Shown: positions 8,407 to 17,424 of the stretch, piece by piece | Position numbering within the stretch: position 1 is the first letter of the stretch | Layout of the letters: each line of letters starts with the position of its first letter | DNA from: Dehalococcoidia bacterium | Lineage (GTDB): Bacteria; Chloroflexota; Dehalococcoidia; Lucifugimonadales; UBA3495 | Length of the DNA stretch: 64,000 bases | Direction of reading: 5' to 3' | Assembly: GCA_965232885.1 (NCBI GenBank) | Contig: CBDDQX010000002.1 | Location: forward strand, 671,211 to 735,210 | The notes under the pieces: model-generated | The model's input: the letters and a program-made list of their open reading frames with translations, nothing else | What the model was told of the DNA's origin: nothing | Database searches by the model: none | Made by a program: the position numbers and the translations under genes

Positions 8407-8563
8407 CTAGGGTGTGTTTACAAACCGCAAATAGGGCGGAATTAACCTGCAAAATCCCCTCTCCCTTAAGGGAGAGGGTTAGGGTGAGGGTGAAATCCTG
8501 GCATCAAACAACCGCGCCGATACCCAAATATCTTTGCCGGTAGAGTTTGTAAACACGCTCTAG
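8407..8563 (+). mobile_element. 157-bp TIR-bounded MITE-like element carrying a REP-like hairpin core
   Basis: The ends are CTAGGGTGTGTTTACAAAC and GTTTGTAAACACGCTCTAG (17/19 as an inverted repeat). The core at 8458-8497 is CCCTCTCCC-ttaa-GGGAGAGGG-TTAGGGTGAGGGTGAAATCC. Confidence 0.5.
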
Positions 8564-8621
8564 AGCATCCACAGGCCGCACTTGGCATCGAATCCATTGG
8601 TCGCGCCTAGCATAGACAAGG

Positions 8622-8651
8622 AAACGGGCCGGAGCTGTTCCGGCCCGTTTT
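8622..8651. terminator. bidirectional rho-independent terminator
   Basis: AAACGGGCCGGA-gctg-TTCCGGCCCGTTTT lies between the small ORF/MITE region and the convergent hydrolase gene. Confidence 0.6.
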
Positions 8652-8681
8652 CATGTCATCGCACCCCAGCCTCGAAAGGCA

Positions 8682-9443
8682 TCACGCATAGCTCAGCAGT
8701 GCGTCGGCCACGGCCTCCGGCTTCTGCCATATCCCCATGTGGCAGGCCTCTATCTCCAAAGTCTCCTCGCAGTTCAGGCGCTCGGCTGTGCGCCGCTGAG
8801 AGGCGGGCGTGACCAGCTTGTCCTGGGTTAGAACGATGCAGGTCAAAGGGGACGGAAGGTCTGCAGAAGCATCCGCCGACAGCCGCGAGTTGAGCAGCCT
8901 GGTGGGAAGGGGACCAAAGAAGCCAAGAATCTGGACGGCTTCCATCGCCTCCATGGTATTGCACAAGTAGCGGTTGACGGCGCGGGGAGGAAACCGGAAC
9001 TCCTGCCTGGACAGGGAACTGAGAAAGGAAAACAGCCGGAACCAGGACCGGAAACCGCTGGAGCAACCGCTGACCAGCGGCCTCTGCCCTTCTGGAACCA
9101 CGGCTCCCACCAGCGCAAGGCGCTTGGGCGGAGTCGGCAGGTGCTTGGCCGCTTCCAGAACGATGGCCCCGGAAATCCCGTGCCCCACCAGCACCACGTC
9201 CCTGAGCTGCTCCTGCTCGACCGCCCGGGATATAACCTCAACACACTCTTCCAGTCGAACGGCGGAGGTATCTCCTTGCGCGTCGGGGCCGTGCCCCGGC
9301 AGGTCCACCGGGTGGACGCGGTTGGCGCGGCGCCTTTTGTGCAACGTGGGCGGGTGCTCCACCGGGGCGGTCATCCGCCCCCAGACCTTGCCCCATACCC
9401 AAGAACCTTGTCCAGGGCCATGCACCAGCAGATAGTCGGTCAT
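8682..9443 (-). CDS. alpha/beta-fold hydrolase
   Basis: LLVHGPGQGSWVW N-terminus, VLVGHGISGAIV nucleophile-elbow region, and length typical of the family. Confidence 0.65.
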   Translation of the reverse strand: MTDYLLVHGPGQGSWVWGKVWGRMTAPVEHPPTLHKRRRANRVHPVDLPGHGPDAQGDTSAVRLEECVEVISRAVEQEQLRDVVLVGHGISGAIVLEAAKHLPTPPKRLALVGAVVPEGQRPLVSGCSSGFRSWFRLFSFLSSLSRQEFRFPPRAVNRYLCNTMEAMEAVQILGFFGPLPTRLLNSRLSADASADLPSPLTCIVLTQDKLVTPASQRRTAERLNCEETLEIEACHMGIWQKPEAVADALLSYA

Positions 9444-9487
9444 CGCCTGATTTGCTCCGGAATCGTTTTTCTATTTGCCTAGAATGG

Positions 9488-10867
9488 TTATCCGCCCAAC
9501 CCTTGCAGCGCCGACAGCAGTTCCGCGTCGTCCTCTGGAGCCACGGTGCGCGGGTCGAACAGCGCCCGCTCGTCCTCCACCCGCGCCACAACCGGCGGGC
9601 GTCCCTCCCGCAGCAGGCGCATCACTCCCTCCGCGCCTCCCGGCAGGGAGGAGGCGTCCAGCGCCAGCGCCCATGTGGGTAGAGTCTCTCCGGGAAGGCT
9701 GCCTCCGCCGACAGCAGAGCGCGACTCGACAACGCTGTATTGGACGGGGCTGTACGGCCCGGAGAGTTGGCGTTTCCAGGAGTGGGCCCGCTCCCGCAGG
9801 GACTCCGGCGTGGCGGAGATCATCCGCCAGACGGGTATCTCCCGCTCCGCCTCTCCTCTCAGGTAGTGAACGAGGGTAGCGGTAAGGCTGGCGAGGCTGA
9901 GCTTGTCTATCCTCACTGCGCGCGCCAGCGGGTGCTGGGCCAGAAGACCGACCAGTTCCTGTCTTCCCGCCACAATCCCTGCCTGTGGCCCTCCCAGCAG
10001 CTTGTCTCCGGAAAAGAATACCAACCCCATGCCAGCGCGTATGCTCTCCTGGGGCATCGGCTCGTGGGCCATCCCGTACTTATCCGTTGGCAACAGGCTG
10101 CCGCTGCCGACGTCGTGCAGCGCTGCGACTCCCAGGCGGTCGGCCAGCTTCGCCAGGTCGCTCGACTCCACCTCAGAGGTGAATCCTTCAACGCGGAAAT
10201 TGCTGGCGTGGACTTTCAGGTAGGCTGCCGTATTGGCGTTGGTAGCCTCTTCATAGTCCCGCAGGTAGGTCCGGTTGGTGGTGCCCACGTCCACCAGCGT
10301 TGCCCCGCTCTGGCGCAGGACATCAGGAACGCGGAAGCCGCCGCCTATCTCCACCGCCTCCGCGCGGGACACTATGACCTCGCGACCCGCAGCCAGCGCC
10401 AGCAACCCCAGCAACAACGCCGAGGCATTGTTGTTCACCGCGAGCGCCGCCTGAGCGCCAGTGACCTGCCGTATCAGCGACTGAAGACGGGCCTGACGGG
10501 AGCCGCGCCGCCCCGATTCGAGGTCAAACTCCAGGTTGGAGTAACCGGCTGCGGCTTCCTCAGCGGCCTGCATGGCGGCTCGGCTCAGGGGCGCGCGCCC
10601 CAGGTTGGTGTGAATGACGACTCCCGTGGCGTTGATGACCCGGCGAGGCTCGGCTCGACCTGATTCCTCCACCCGCCGACAGACCAGCGCGGATATTTCC
10701 TCCACACCATCAGCCAGCCCGCCCTGCCGGATACGCTGGCGGGCGGCTTCAAGTTCTTCCCGGGCAAGCTCCACCAGCCACTCGCGGCTGTACGCGACAA
10801 CGGCGGCGGCCACGTTGGGCATGGCAAGAACACTGTCTACGCTGGGTAGGTTACGAAATTGCATCAC
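9488..10867 (-). CDS. selA: L-seryl-tRNA(Sec) selenium transferase
   Basis: NATGVVIHTNLGRAPLS and FSGDKLLGGPQAGI (PLP lysine region). At 459 aa it has SelA-typical length. Confidence 0.85.
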   Translation of the reverse strand: MMQFRNLPSVDSVLAMPNVAAAVVAYSREWLVELAREELEAARQRIRQGGLADGVEEISALVCRRVEESGRAEPRRVINATGVVIHTNLGRAPLSRAAMQAAEEAAAGYSNLEFDLESGRRGSRQARLQSLIRQVTGAQAALAVNNNASALLLGLLALAAGREVIVSRAEAVEIGGGFRVPDVLRQSGATLVDVGTTNRTYLRDYEEATNANTAAYLKVHASNFRVEGFTSEVESSDLAKLADRLGVAALHDVGSGSLLPTDKYGMAHEPMPQESIRAGMGLVFFSGDKLLGGPQAGIVAGRQELVGLLAQHPLARAVRIDKLSLASLTATLVHYLRGEAEREIPVWRMISATPESLRERAHSWKRQLSGPYSPVQYSVVESRSAVGGGSLPGETLPTWALALDASSLPGGAEGVMRLLREGRPPVVARVEDERALFDPRTVAPEDDAELLSALQGLGG

Positions 10868-11076
10868 GCCGTCACACGGGAACGGATTTCGGTGGCTGGA
10901 TTTCCGGCACCCATTCTAGCACGAGCGCAGTTGGCCTATGCTTGCTGTACACGAAAACAGTTCGCGGAATACAATATATTGTGATTGTTTTTGCGCTGGC
11001 AATAAAGCCCACCGCGATATAAAATTGCAGGAACGAATGCACTATTCTTAACCCCGCCTGTCAAGGGCAAAACCTA

Positions 11077-11265
11077 ATGAAAGCCAGAATCGCCGCCATT
11101 GCCGTTATCGCGCTGCTTTCCCTGTCGGTCATCGCCATCGGGTTCTCCGCCTTGGGGGAAGCGCAGGACGCCACGGCAGCGTCATCCGCCCCGGTGGGAG
11201 AATCTCTGGAAAGCGGAGACAATACTGCCGTTTCCGCTTTCAAGTTCGTCTGCCCTTTCCACTGA
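11077..11265 (+). CDS. small secreted peptide (62 aa) with a signal peptide
   Basis: MKARIAAIAVIALLSLSVIAIGFSALGEAQD is a signal-like N-terminus. The C-terminus is FKFVCPFH. No family recognised. Confidence 0.35.
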   Translation: MKARIAAIAVIALLSLSVIAIGFSALGEAQDATAASSAPVGESLESGDNTAVSAFKFVCPFH

Positions 11266-11408
11266 TACCGATACTGATTGATACCGATACCTTTCGATAT
11301 TGACTTCTTCGTGCGCGGATGGCGCGGATGGAACGATTTGGGGCCGCCGCGCATATTATCTGTTACACCCGCCGGTTTTCCCAATGGCGCCAGGAGGAAA
11401 TAGCTTCA

Positions 11409-12650
11409 ATGATCGCTGAACACGCTGGGCTGCCCCCGGAACTGGAGGCCCTGAAACTCACCATTCGCCAGATTGTGAAGGATGAGTGCTATCCACTGGA
11501 GGCTGAGTACCTGGCCAACCCCACCCAGGAGGGAGTGGAGGACGCCGGCGCCCCTCGAGGCATTGCCGAGGCCCTTCAGGGCATCCTGGGTACGTTGTCT
11601 CCGGAGAAGTGGGCGCGGCTGAACCAGGTCTCAAAGGACACGGGCATATACACCTCCTTCGTGCCCGAAGAGTATGGCGGCGGCGGCATGGGCGCTCTGG
11701 GCCATGTGGTGCTGGACGAAGAGGTGCACAAGAGCATCGTGCAACTGCCCACCTCCCCGGTGCCGATGATGATGATTGGGAATTGCACTCCGGAGCAGGA
11801 ACAGGAATACCTGCTGCCTTCCATTCGAGGCGAGTTGCACTACGCCTTCGGGCAGACCGAGCCGGAGGCCGGCTCCGACCCGGGCGGCATGATGCAGACC
11901 CGCGCCGTTCCCGACGGCGACGACTGGGTACTGAACGGTACGAAGACCTTCATATCCGGCGCGGCCAGCGCCGACTATATCCTGGTGCAGGCTGTGACCG
12001 ACCCGGAGAAGCGGCAACGGGGCGGCATCACGATGTTCATCGTGGACAACCCCAGCCCCGGATTGTCCTTCGACCCCATCCGCATCTGGATCAACCCCAC
12101 CAAGAATCAGCAGCACACCGTCAATCTGAACAATGTGCGGGTGCCGCAGACCAAGGTGCTCGGCGAGGTTGGCCGGGGCTTCACCCTCGGGCAGAAGTGG
12201 CTCGTGCATCACGACAGGCTACTGCGGGGATCCATGGCTCTGGGCATTCTAAGCCGCTCCTTAGAGATGGCCATTGAGTGGGCCAAGCAGAGGGTCACTT
12301 ACGGCAGGCCCATCGCCGACCGGCAAGCCATCCAGTGGATGCTGACCGATGTGTACATTGACATCATGACCCTCCGCGCGGCCACCCGCGAGGCCGCGGC
12401 CCGCGCCGATGCAGGAGACGATGTTCGGGTTGAAGCGTCCATGATCAAGTATTGCGCCGGAGAGTGGGGCTGCCGCAGCATAGACAAGATAATGCAGGTG
12501 TTCGGCGGCACAGGGGAAACTCTGGACCTGCCCATCGCCCACTGGTATCACCTGCTTCGCCATGCCCGTATCGGCGGGGGCACGTCGGAAATCCACAAGT
12601 TCGTAATGGCCCGCGCCTTGCTCGACGGACGAGTAAACTTCCAGGGCTGA
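11409..12650 (+). CDS. acyl-CoA dehydrogenase
   Basis: AGGAGGA RBS before the ATG at 11409. Motifs are FGQTEPEAGSDPGG, GTKTFISGA and a C-terminal GGTSEI. Confidence 0.85.
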   Translation: MIAEHAGLPPELEALKLTIRQIVKDECYPLEAEYLANPTQEGVEDAGAPRGIAEALQGILGTLSPEKWARLNQVSKDTGIYTSFVPEEYGGGGMGALGHVVLDEEVHKSIVQLPTSPVPMMMIGNCTPEQEQEYLLPSIRGELHYAFGQTEPEAGSDPGGMMQTRAVPDGDDWVLNGTKTFISGAASADYILVQAVTDPEKRQRGGITMFIVDNPSPGLSFDPIRIWINPTKNQQHTVNLNNVRVPQTKVLGEVGRGFTLGQKWLVHHDRLLRGSMALGILSRSLEMAIEWAKQRVTYGRPIADRQAIQWMLTDVYIDIMTLRAATREAAARADAGDDVRVEASMIKYCAGEWGCRSIDKIMQVFGGTGETLDLPIAHWYHLLRHARIGGGTSEIHKFVMARALLDGRVNFQG

Positions 12651-12693
12651 GCTTAACCTCAACTTTCCGCCAGGCATTTTCAAGGAGACTCAT

Positions 12694-13615
12694 TATGACC
12701 CTGCTGACAGGACGCAACCGGATTTATTTGCTGCTGGCAACCCTGGCCCTCGCTGCTCTGCTGGCTGTCGGATGGGCAGCCTATGTGAGCGCGCAGGAAG
12801 GAACCCCGGCGGCGCAAAACACCGAAACCGAAGCCACTGGCACGACAATGACGCAAGCGTCAGATTCGGGCGTACCCTACGACGGCCCCTCCGGGATATG
12901 GGTCAGCGGCAACGGCAAGGCCAGTGGCGCTCCCGACATTGCCGTGGTCTCGCTGGGCGTCGAGTCGGTGGAAGACACGGCGGCAACCGCCCGGGCCAAC
13001 GCCGCCTCTGCTATGCAAAAAGTTGTAGCGGCACTGACCAGGGCCAATGTCCCCTCTGCGGATATCCAGACTCGCTACTTCAACATCAGCCCGCGCTATC
13101 AGGGTGTGGAGGTTGAACGCTGCGACAGCGATGACGCCAGTGATAACGAGGGAGCTCAGGAACAAGTATCGAAAAAGTCCTGCTACATGGTGTGGGAAAA
13201 CCGGCTGATTGGCTACTCGGTCTCCAACCAGGCGACGGTCAAAATTCGGAATCTGGGCAATGTGGGCAGCATCATTGACACGGTAGCGGAAGCCGCCGGT
13301 AACCTGGTACGCATCAACGGCATCAGTTTCAACGTTGACGACCCCCAGGAGTTGCAGGACGAAGCAAGAGAGAACGCCGTTGCGGATATGAAGCGAAGAG
13401 CCGAAATGCTGGCGGAACTCTCCGGGGTAAAGCTGGGACGCCTGGTTTACATCACCGAGGGATCTGCATACGTTCCTCCTCAGCCTCTGTACGCGCGCGC
13501 CGAGGCTGCCTTTGCATCCGCAGACTCCTCCACTTCAATATCACCCGGCGAACTGGATATTTCCGCCACAGTGCAGGGAGTCTTCCTGATTGCCGGGGCG
13601 GATGAGGCTGAGTAG
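12694..13615 (+). CDS. SIMPL/DUF541-domain periplasmic protein
   Basis: Signal anchor MTLLTGRNRIYLLLATLALAALLAV. DUF541-like blocks follow: IAVVSLGVESVEDTAATA, IQTRYFNISPRY and ISPGELDISATVQGVF. Confidence 0.65.
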
Positions 13616-13717
13616 AGGCATAGCAATGAGCAGCGCCTTCGCAACTTGCGGGGATATGGCCGTCTTGCTAGAATCCGCCCCAATTGCCGGACAGGCAACG
13701 TTTCGGAAGGAAGATTC

Positions 13718-14308
13718 ATGGTATTGAGCGACAGGACCATCAAGGAGGAGCTGGCAAAGGGCCGCATTGTAATTGAGCCCCTTGACCGGGCCGACATTCA
13801 GCCCGCCAGCGTGGACCTTCGCCTCGACCGCAAGCTGCTTGTTTTCACCAACTCCCGGCGGCCCCACATAGACGTCAAGAAGGGGCTGGACGACCTGACC
13901 GAAACAGTCGAAATAGAAGACGACGAGCCGTTCATCCTGCACCCCGGCGAATTCGTGCTGGGCAGCACGCTGGAGCACATCGAGCTACCCGGCGACTTGG
14001 TGGCCCGCCTGGAGGGCAAGAGCAGCCTGGGCCGCATCGGTCTGGTGATTCACTCCACGGCCGGTTTCGTAGACCCGGGGTGGAAAGGCCACCTGACGCT
14101 GGAACTGAGCAATCTGGCCCGCTTGCCTATTACCCTCTATTACGGCATGAAAATCGGCCAGATTTCCTACCTGCGCCTGACCACGCCCGCCGACCGGCTC
14201 TACGGCTCGGAAGGGTTGGGAAGCAAATACCAGGGCCAGACCGCTCCCACAGCCAGCCGCTTCTCCCGCGAGTTCTCCGGCCCCGGACTGTCCCGGGACA
14301 GCGAATGA
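13718..14308 (+). CDS. dcd: dCTP deaminase
   Basis: [40 protein letters not shown] and [12 protein letters not shown] motifs. Confidence 0.9.
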   Translation: MVLSDRTIKEELAKGRIVIEPLDRADIQPASVDLRLDRKLLVFTNSRRPHIDVKKGLDDLTETVEIEDDEPFILHPGEFVLGSTLEHIELPGDLVARLEGKSSLGRIGLVIHSTAGFVDPGWKGHLTLELSNLARLPITLYYGMKIGQISYLRLTTPADRLYGSEGLGSKYQGQTAPTASRFSREFSGPGLSRDSE

Positions 14309-15414
14309 GCTTTATGCGCCAGGCTATTGACCTGGCAAGCAAAGCACTGGGAAGCACCAGCCCCAATCCTGCCGTAGGCGCGGTCCTGGCAAAGGGCGGT
14401 GTAGTCGTGGGACGGGGAGCGACCCAACCGCCGGGACAGGCCCACGCCGAGGTGGGCGCCCTCGCGCAAGCCGGAGAAGAAGCCCGGGGAGCCACCCTCT
14501 ACGTGTCGCTGGAACCCTGTTGCCACTGGGGCCGAACTCCTCCCTGCACTGGCGCCATCATAGAGGCTGGCGTTGCCGAGGTTGTCGTAGCGGTCACAGA
14601 TCCCAACCCGGTGGTTGCCGGCGCCGGCATCGCCCAACTGCGCGAGGCCGGAATCGTGGTATCGGAACTGCCCGAAGACGACTGTGACAGGCAGCAGGCC
14701 CACGAGCTTTACGAAGGATTTGCCAGGCACGTCAGCACAGGGCTGCCCTTCGTTACCGTCAAGTTCGCCATGAGTCTGGATGGCAAGATAGCCACCCGCA
14801 CCGGCGATTCCAAGTGGGTCACCGGCCCCGCCGCCCGCGCCTTGGTACAGCAGATGCGCCGCGAGACCGATGCTGTGATGGTCGGCATCAAGACGGTGCT
14901 GGCCGACGACCCGGCTCTGACTGCCCGCGACGGCGACGGGAAGCCCTTGCCGCGTCAGCCCCTGCGGGTGGCGCTGGACAGTCATTGCCGTATGCCCGTG
15001 GATTCTCAGTTGCTCCACCAGCCGGGTCAAACGCTGGTATACACCACTGCCGCCGCGTCCGCTGATAGCGTCAGAGGGCTGGAAAACACAGGCGCGGAGG
15101 TGCTGGTCCTGGGCGCCACCGCCGCCGGACAAGTCTGCCTGGAGAAGGCGCTGGCTGACTTGGGCCGCCGAGGGATAGTGAACCTGCTGGTGGAAGGCGG
15201 CGGCCTCGCCCTGGGATCCTTGTTCGACGGCGGACTGGTGGACAAGGTTCACGCCTTTGTCGCGCCGGTAGTGATTGGCGGTATTGAAGCCGCTTCCCCG
15301 GTGGAGGGGGTGGGCGCTGAGCTGATGGCCCAAGCCCTGCGCCTGGAGCGAACTTCAATCAGAGAGATTGGGCCAGACTGGCTGATCACAGGCTATCCCA
15401 AATTGCGGGACTAA
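14305..15414 (+). CDS. ribD: bifunctional riboflavin biosynthesis deaminase/reductase RibD
   Basis: ATGA start/stop overlap with dcd. Deaminase motifs HAEVGAL and [11 protein letters not shown], followed by the reductase domain. Confidence 0.9.
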   Translation: MSFMRQAIDLASKALGSTSPNPAVGAVLAKGGVVVGRGATQPPGQAHAEVGALAQAGEEARGATLYVSLEPCCHWGRTPPCTGAIIEAGVAEVVVAVTDPNPVVAGAGIAQLREAGIVVSELPEDDCDRQQAHELYEGFARHVSTGLPFVTVKFAMSLDGKIATRTGDSKWVTGPAARALVQQMRRETDAVMVGIKTVLADDPALTARDGDGKPLPRQPLRVALDSHCRMPVDSQLLHQPGQTLVYTTAAASADSVRGLENTGAEVLVLGATAAGQVCLEKALADLGRRGIVNLLVEGGGLALGSLFDGGLVDKVHAFVAPVVIGGIEAASPVEGVGAELMAQALRLERTSIREIGPDWLITGYPKLRD

Positions 15415-15426
15415 CCCGTAGCCTCC

Positions 15427-15480
15427 AAATCCCTCTCCCTCAAGAGAGAGGGCAGTGTAAGGGTAAAAACCCCGGCATCA
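15427..15480 (+). repeat. REP-like hairpin element (family A) between ribD and ribE
   Basis: AAATCCCTCTCCCTCAAGAGAGAGGGCAGTGTAAGGGTAAAAACCCCGGCATCA aligns with the 8451-8510 copy. Confidence 0.7.
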
Positions 15481-15502
15481 ACAGGCCGAAGGAGCAACCA
15501 CA

Positions 15503-16078
15503 ATGTTCACCGGAATAGTGGAAGAAGTCGGTTCGGTGGTCAGCATCAGCGACAACGGCATGACTGTCCGCGCGGAAAAGGTGATGTCAGACCTGAAGCT
15601 GGGCGACAGCATCGCAGTCAACGGGGCGTGCCTTACCGCTGTATCTCTATCGGAGTCCGAGTTTTCCGTTGACCTGTCCCCGGAGACCATGCGCCGCACC
15701 TCGTTGGGTGACCTGTCGGACGGCGGTTCGGTGAACCTGGAGCGGGCGCTTTCGGCCAGCGACCGGATGGGCGGCCATATAGTACAAGGCCACGTGGACG
15801 GAACGGGCCGCATTACGTCAACCAAGGAAGACGGAGACTCCATAGTTATCCGTGTGCGGGCGCCCGGAAGGCTGATGCCATATATCGTGGAGAAGGGGTT
15901 TATCGCGGTTGACGGCATAAGTTTGACCGTGGTAAAAGTAGGCACTTCCTCGTTCACGTTAGCTGTGATACCATATACGCTACGTAATACTAATCTTGAG
16001 ACACTATCTGTGGGTGCTAGGGTGAATTTGGAGGCGGATATTCTGGCGAAGTACGTGGAGAATCTGCTCAAACGCTAA
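15503..16078 (+). CDS. ribE: riboflavin synthase alpha chain
   Basis: MFTGIVEEVG N-terminus and an internal duplication with GGHIVQGHVDG. Confidence 0.9.
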   Translation: MFTGIVEEVGSVVSISDNGMTVRAEKVMSDLKLGDSIAVNGACLTAVSLSESEFSVDLSPETMRRTSLGDLSDGGSVNLERALSASDRMGGHIVQGHVDGTGRITSTKEDGDSIVIRVRAPGRLMPYIVEKGFIAVDGISLTVVKVGTSSFTLAVIPYTLRNTNLETLSVGARVNLEADILAKYVENLLKR

Positions 16079-16119
16079 GGGCAGGTTGCGGCAACCAAGC
16101 GCACACGAAGGATTGAGTT

Positions 16120-17325
16120 ATGCCCCTGTGCAGTCTGGAAGAGGCTCTGGAAGACCTTAAGGCTGGCAAAATGCTCATCGTTGTGGACGACGAGAGCAGG
16201 GAGAACGAGGGCGACCTCGTGATGGCCGCCGAGAAGGTAACTCCGGAAGCCATTAACTTCATAGTGAAGTACGGCAAGGGCCTCCTCTGTATGCCGACCA
16301 TTGGCGAGCGGCTGGACGAGCTTCAGATGCCGCTGATGATCAGCCAGAACGCCGGCAGGAAAGACCAGACAGCCTTCACCGTGTCGGTGGACTACAACAA
16401 GGGAACCACCACCGGCATCTCCGCCTATGACCGCGCCGCCACAGTCAAGGCGATGCTTGACCCGGAAACCCATCCTGACGACTTCACCCGCCCCGGCCAT
16501 ATGTTTCCGTTGCGGTACTATCCCGGCGGAGTGCTGGCCCGGCCGGGCCATACCGAAGCCATCGTTGACCTCTGCAACCTGGCTGGGCTTTACCCTGCCG
16601 GAATAGTCTGCGAAATGATGGACGAAGACGGCACTATGTCCCGACTGCCCCAGTTGGAACAGTTCGCAGATGTCCACGGCCTGAAAATCCTCAGCATCGC
16701 CCAGATCATCGCTCATCGTCGCCACAGCGAGCGGCTGATAGAGCGGGTAGCCGAAACCCGGCTGCCCACCCGCTACGGCGAGTTCAAGGCCATCGGCTAT
16801 CGCAGTTATTTCGACCAGGAAGAGCACATCGCGTTGACCACGGGGGAGTGGAAGCCCGACGACCCGGTTCTGGTCCGTATCCACAGCGAGTGCCTCACGG
16901 GCGACGTGTTCGGCAGCCTGCGTTGCGACTGCGGAGAGCAGGTCGAACTGGCCTTGAAGAAGCTCACCCATGAAGGGGTTGGCGTTCTTCTCTATATGCG
17001 GCAGGAAGGACGGGGCATTGGTCTGCACAACAAGATCAAGGCCTACTCTCTACAGGACAACGGCCTAGACACCATTGAGGCCAACAAGACCTTGGGCTTC
17101 GACGCCGATATGCGCCACTACGAAGTCGGCGCCCAGATACTGCTGGATCTGGGGGTGTCCAAGCTGAGGCTGCTGACCAACAATCCCGCCAAAGTGGTCG
17201 GCCTCTCAGGGTTCGGCCTTGAAATCCAGGACCGCATCCCCTTGGAAGCCTCGGTGAACGACGAAAACCGCAAATACATGATCACCAAGAAATTGCGCAT
17301 GGGGCACCTGCTGGGCAACTGCTAG
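16120..17325 (+). CDS. ribBA: bifunctional 3,4-dihydroxy-2-butanone-4-phosphate synthase / GTP cyclohydrolase II
   Basis: DDESRENEGDLV, GHTEA, and the RIHSECLTGDVFGSLRCDCG zinc motif. Confidence 0.9.
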   Translation: MPLCSLEEALEDLKAGKMLIVVDDESRENEGDLVMAAEKVTPEAINFIVKYGKGLLCMPTIGERLDELQMPLMISQNAGRKDQTAFTVSVDYNKGTTTGISAYDRAATVKAMLDPETHPDDFTRPGHMFPLRYYPGGVLARPGHTEAIVDLCNLAGLYPAGIVCEMMDEDGTMSRLPQLEQFADVHGLKILSIAQIIAHRRHSERLIERVAETRLPTRYGEFKAIGYRSYFDQEEHIALTTGEWKPDDPVLVRIHSECLTGDVFGSLRCDCGEQVELALKKLTHEGVGVLLYMRQEGRGIGLHNKIKAYSLQDNGLDTIEANKTLGFDADMRHYEVGAQILLDLGVSKLRLLTNNPAKVVGLSGFGLEIQDRIPLEASVNDENRKYMITKKLRMGHLLGNC

Positions 17326-17365
17326 TGGCAGGCGTATAGCCACTTCCTCTACGAGTGAGCAAAGC

Positions 17366-17393
17366 AACGGGGCCGTCGCATGACGGCCCCGTT
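17366..17393. terminator. bidirectional terminator between the convergent ribBA and prfB genes
   Basis: Perfect 12-bp stem AACGGGGCCGTC-gcat-GACGGCCCCGTT. Confidence 0.6.
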
Positions 17394-17424
17394 CCCGTGT
17401 GCTTCTCCCTTCGCAATGCAGTGT

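Noticed and set aside
10868-11060. Search for tRNA-Sec (selC) or another ncRNA next to selA
   Set aside because: No T-arm (GGTTCGAATCC-like) sequence, no long acceptor stem and no TCA anticodon context were found. The region is just AT-rich promoter-like DNA.
11263-11408. Possible selenocysteine read-through of the TGA ending the small secreted ORF, given that selA is adjacent
   Set aside because: The downstream frame hits a second TGA after 3 codons and then gives implausible sequence. No SECIS-like hairpin lies directly 3' of the TGA.
15415-15502. FMN riboswitch between ribD and ribE
   Set aside because: The spacer is too short (88 nt), lacks the conserved FMN-element motifs, and aligns instead with the REP-like family.
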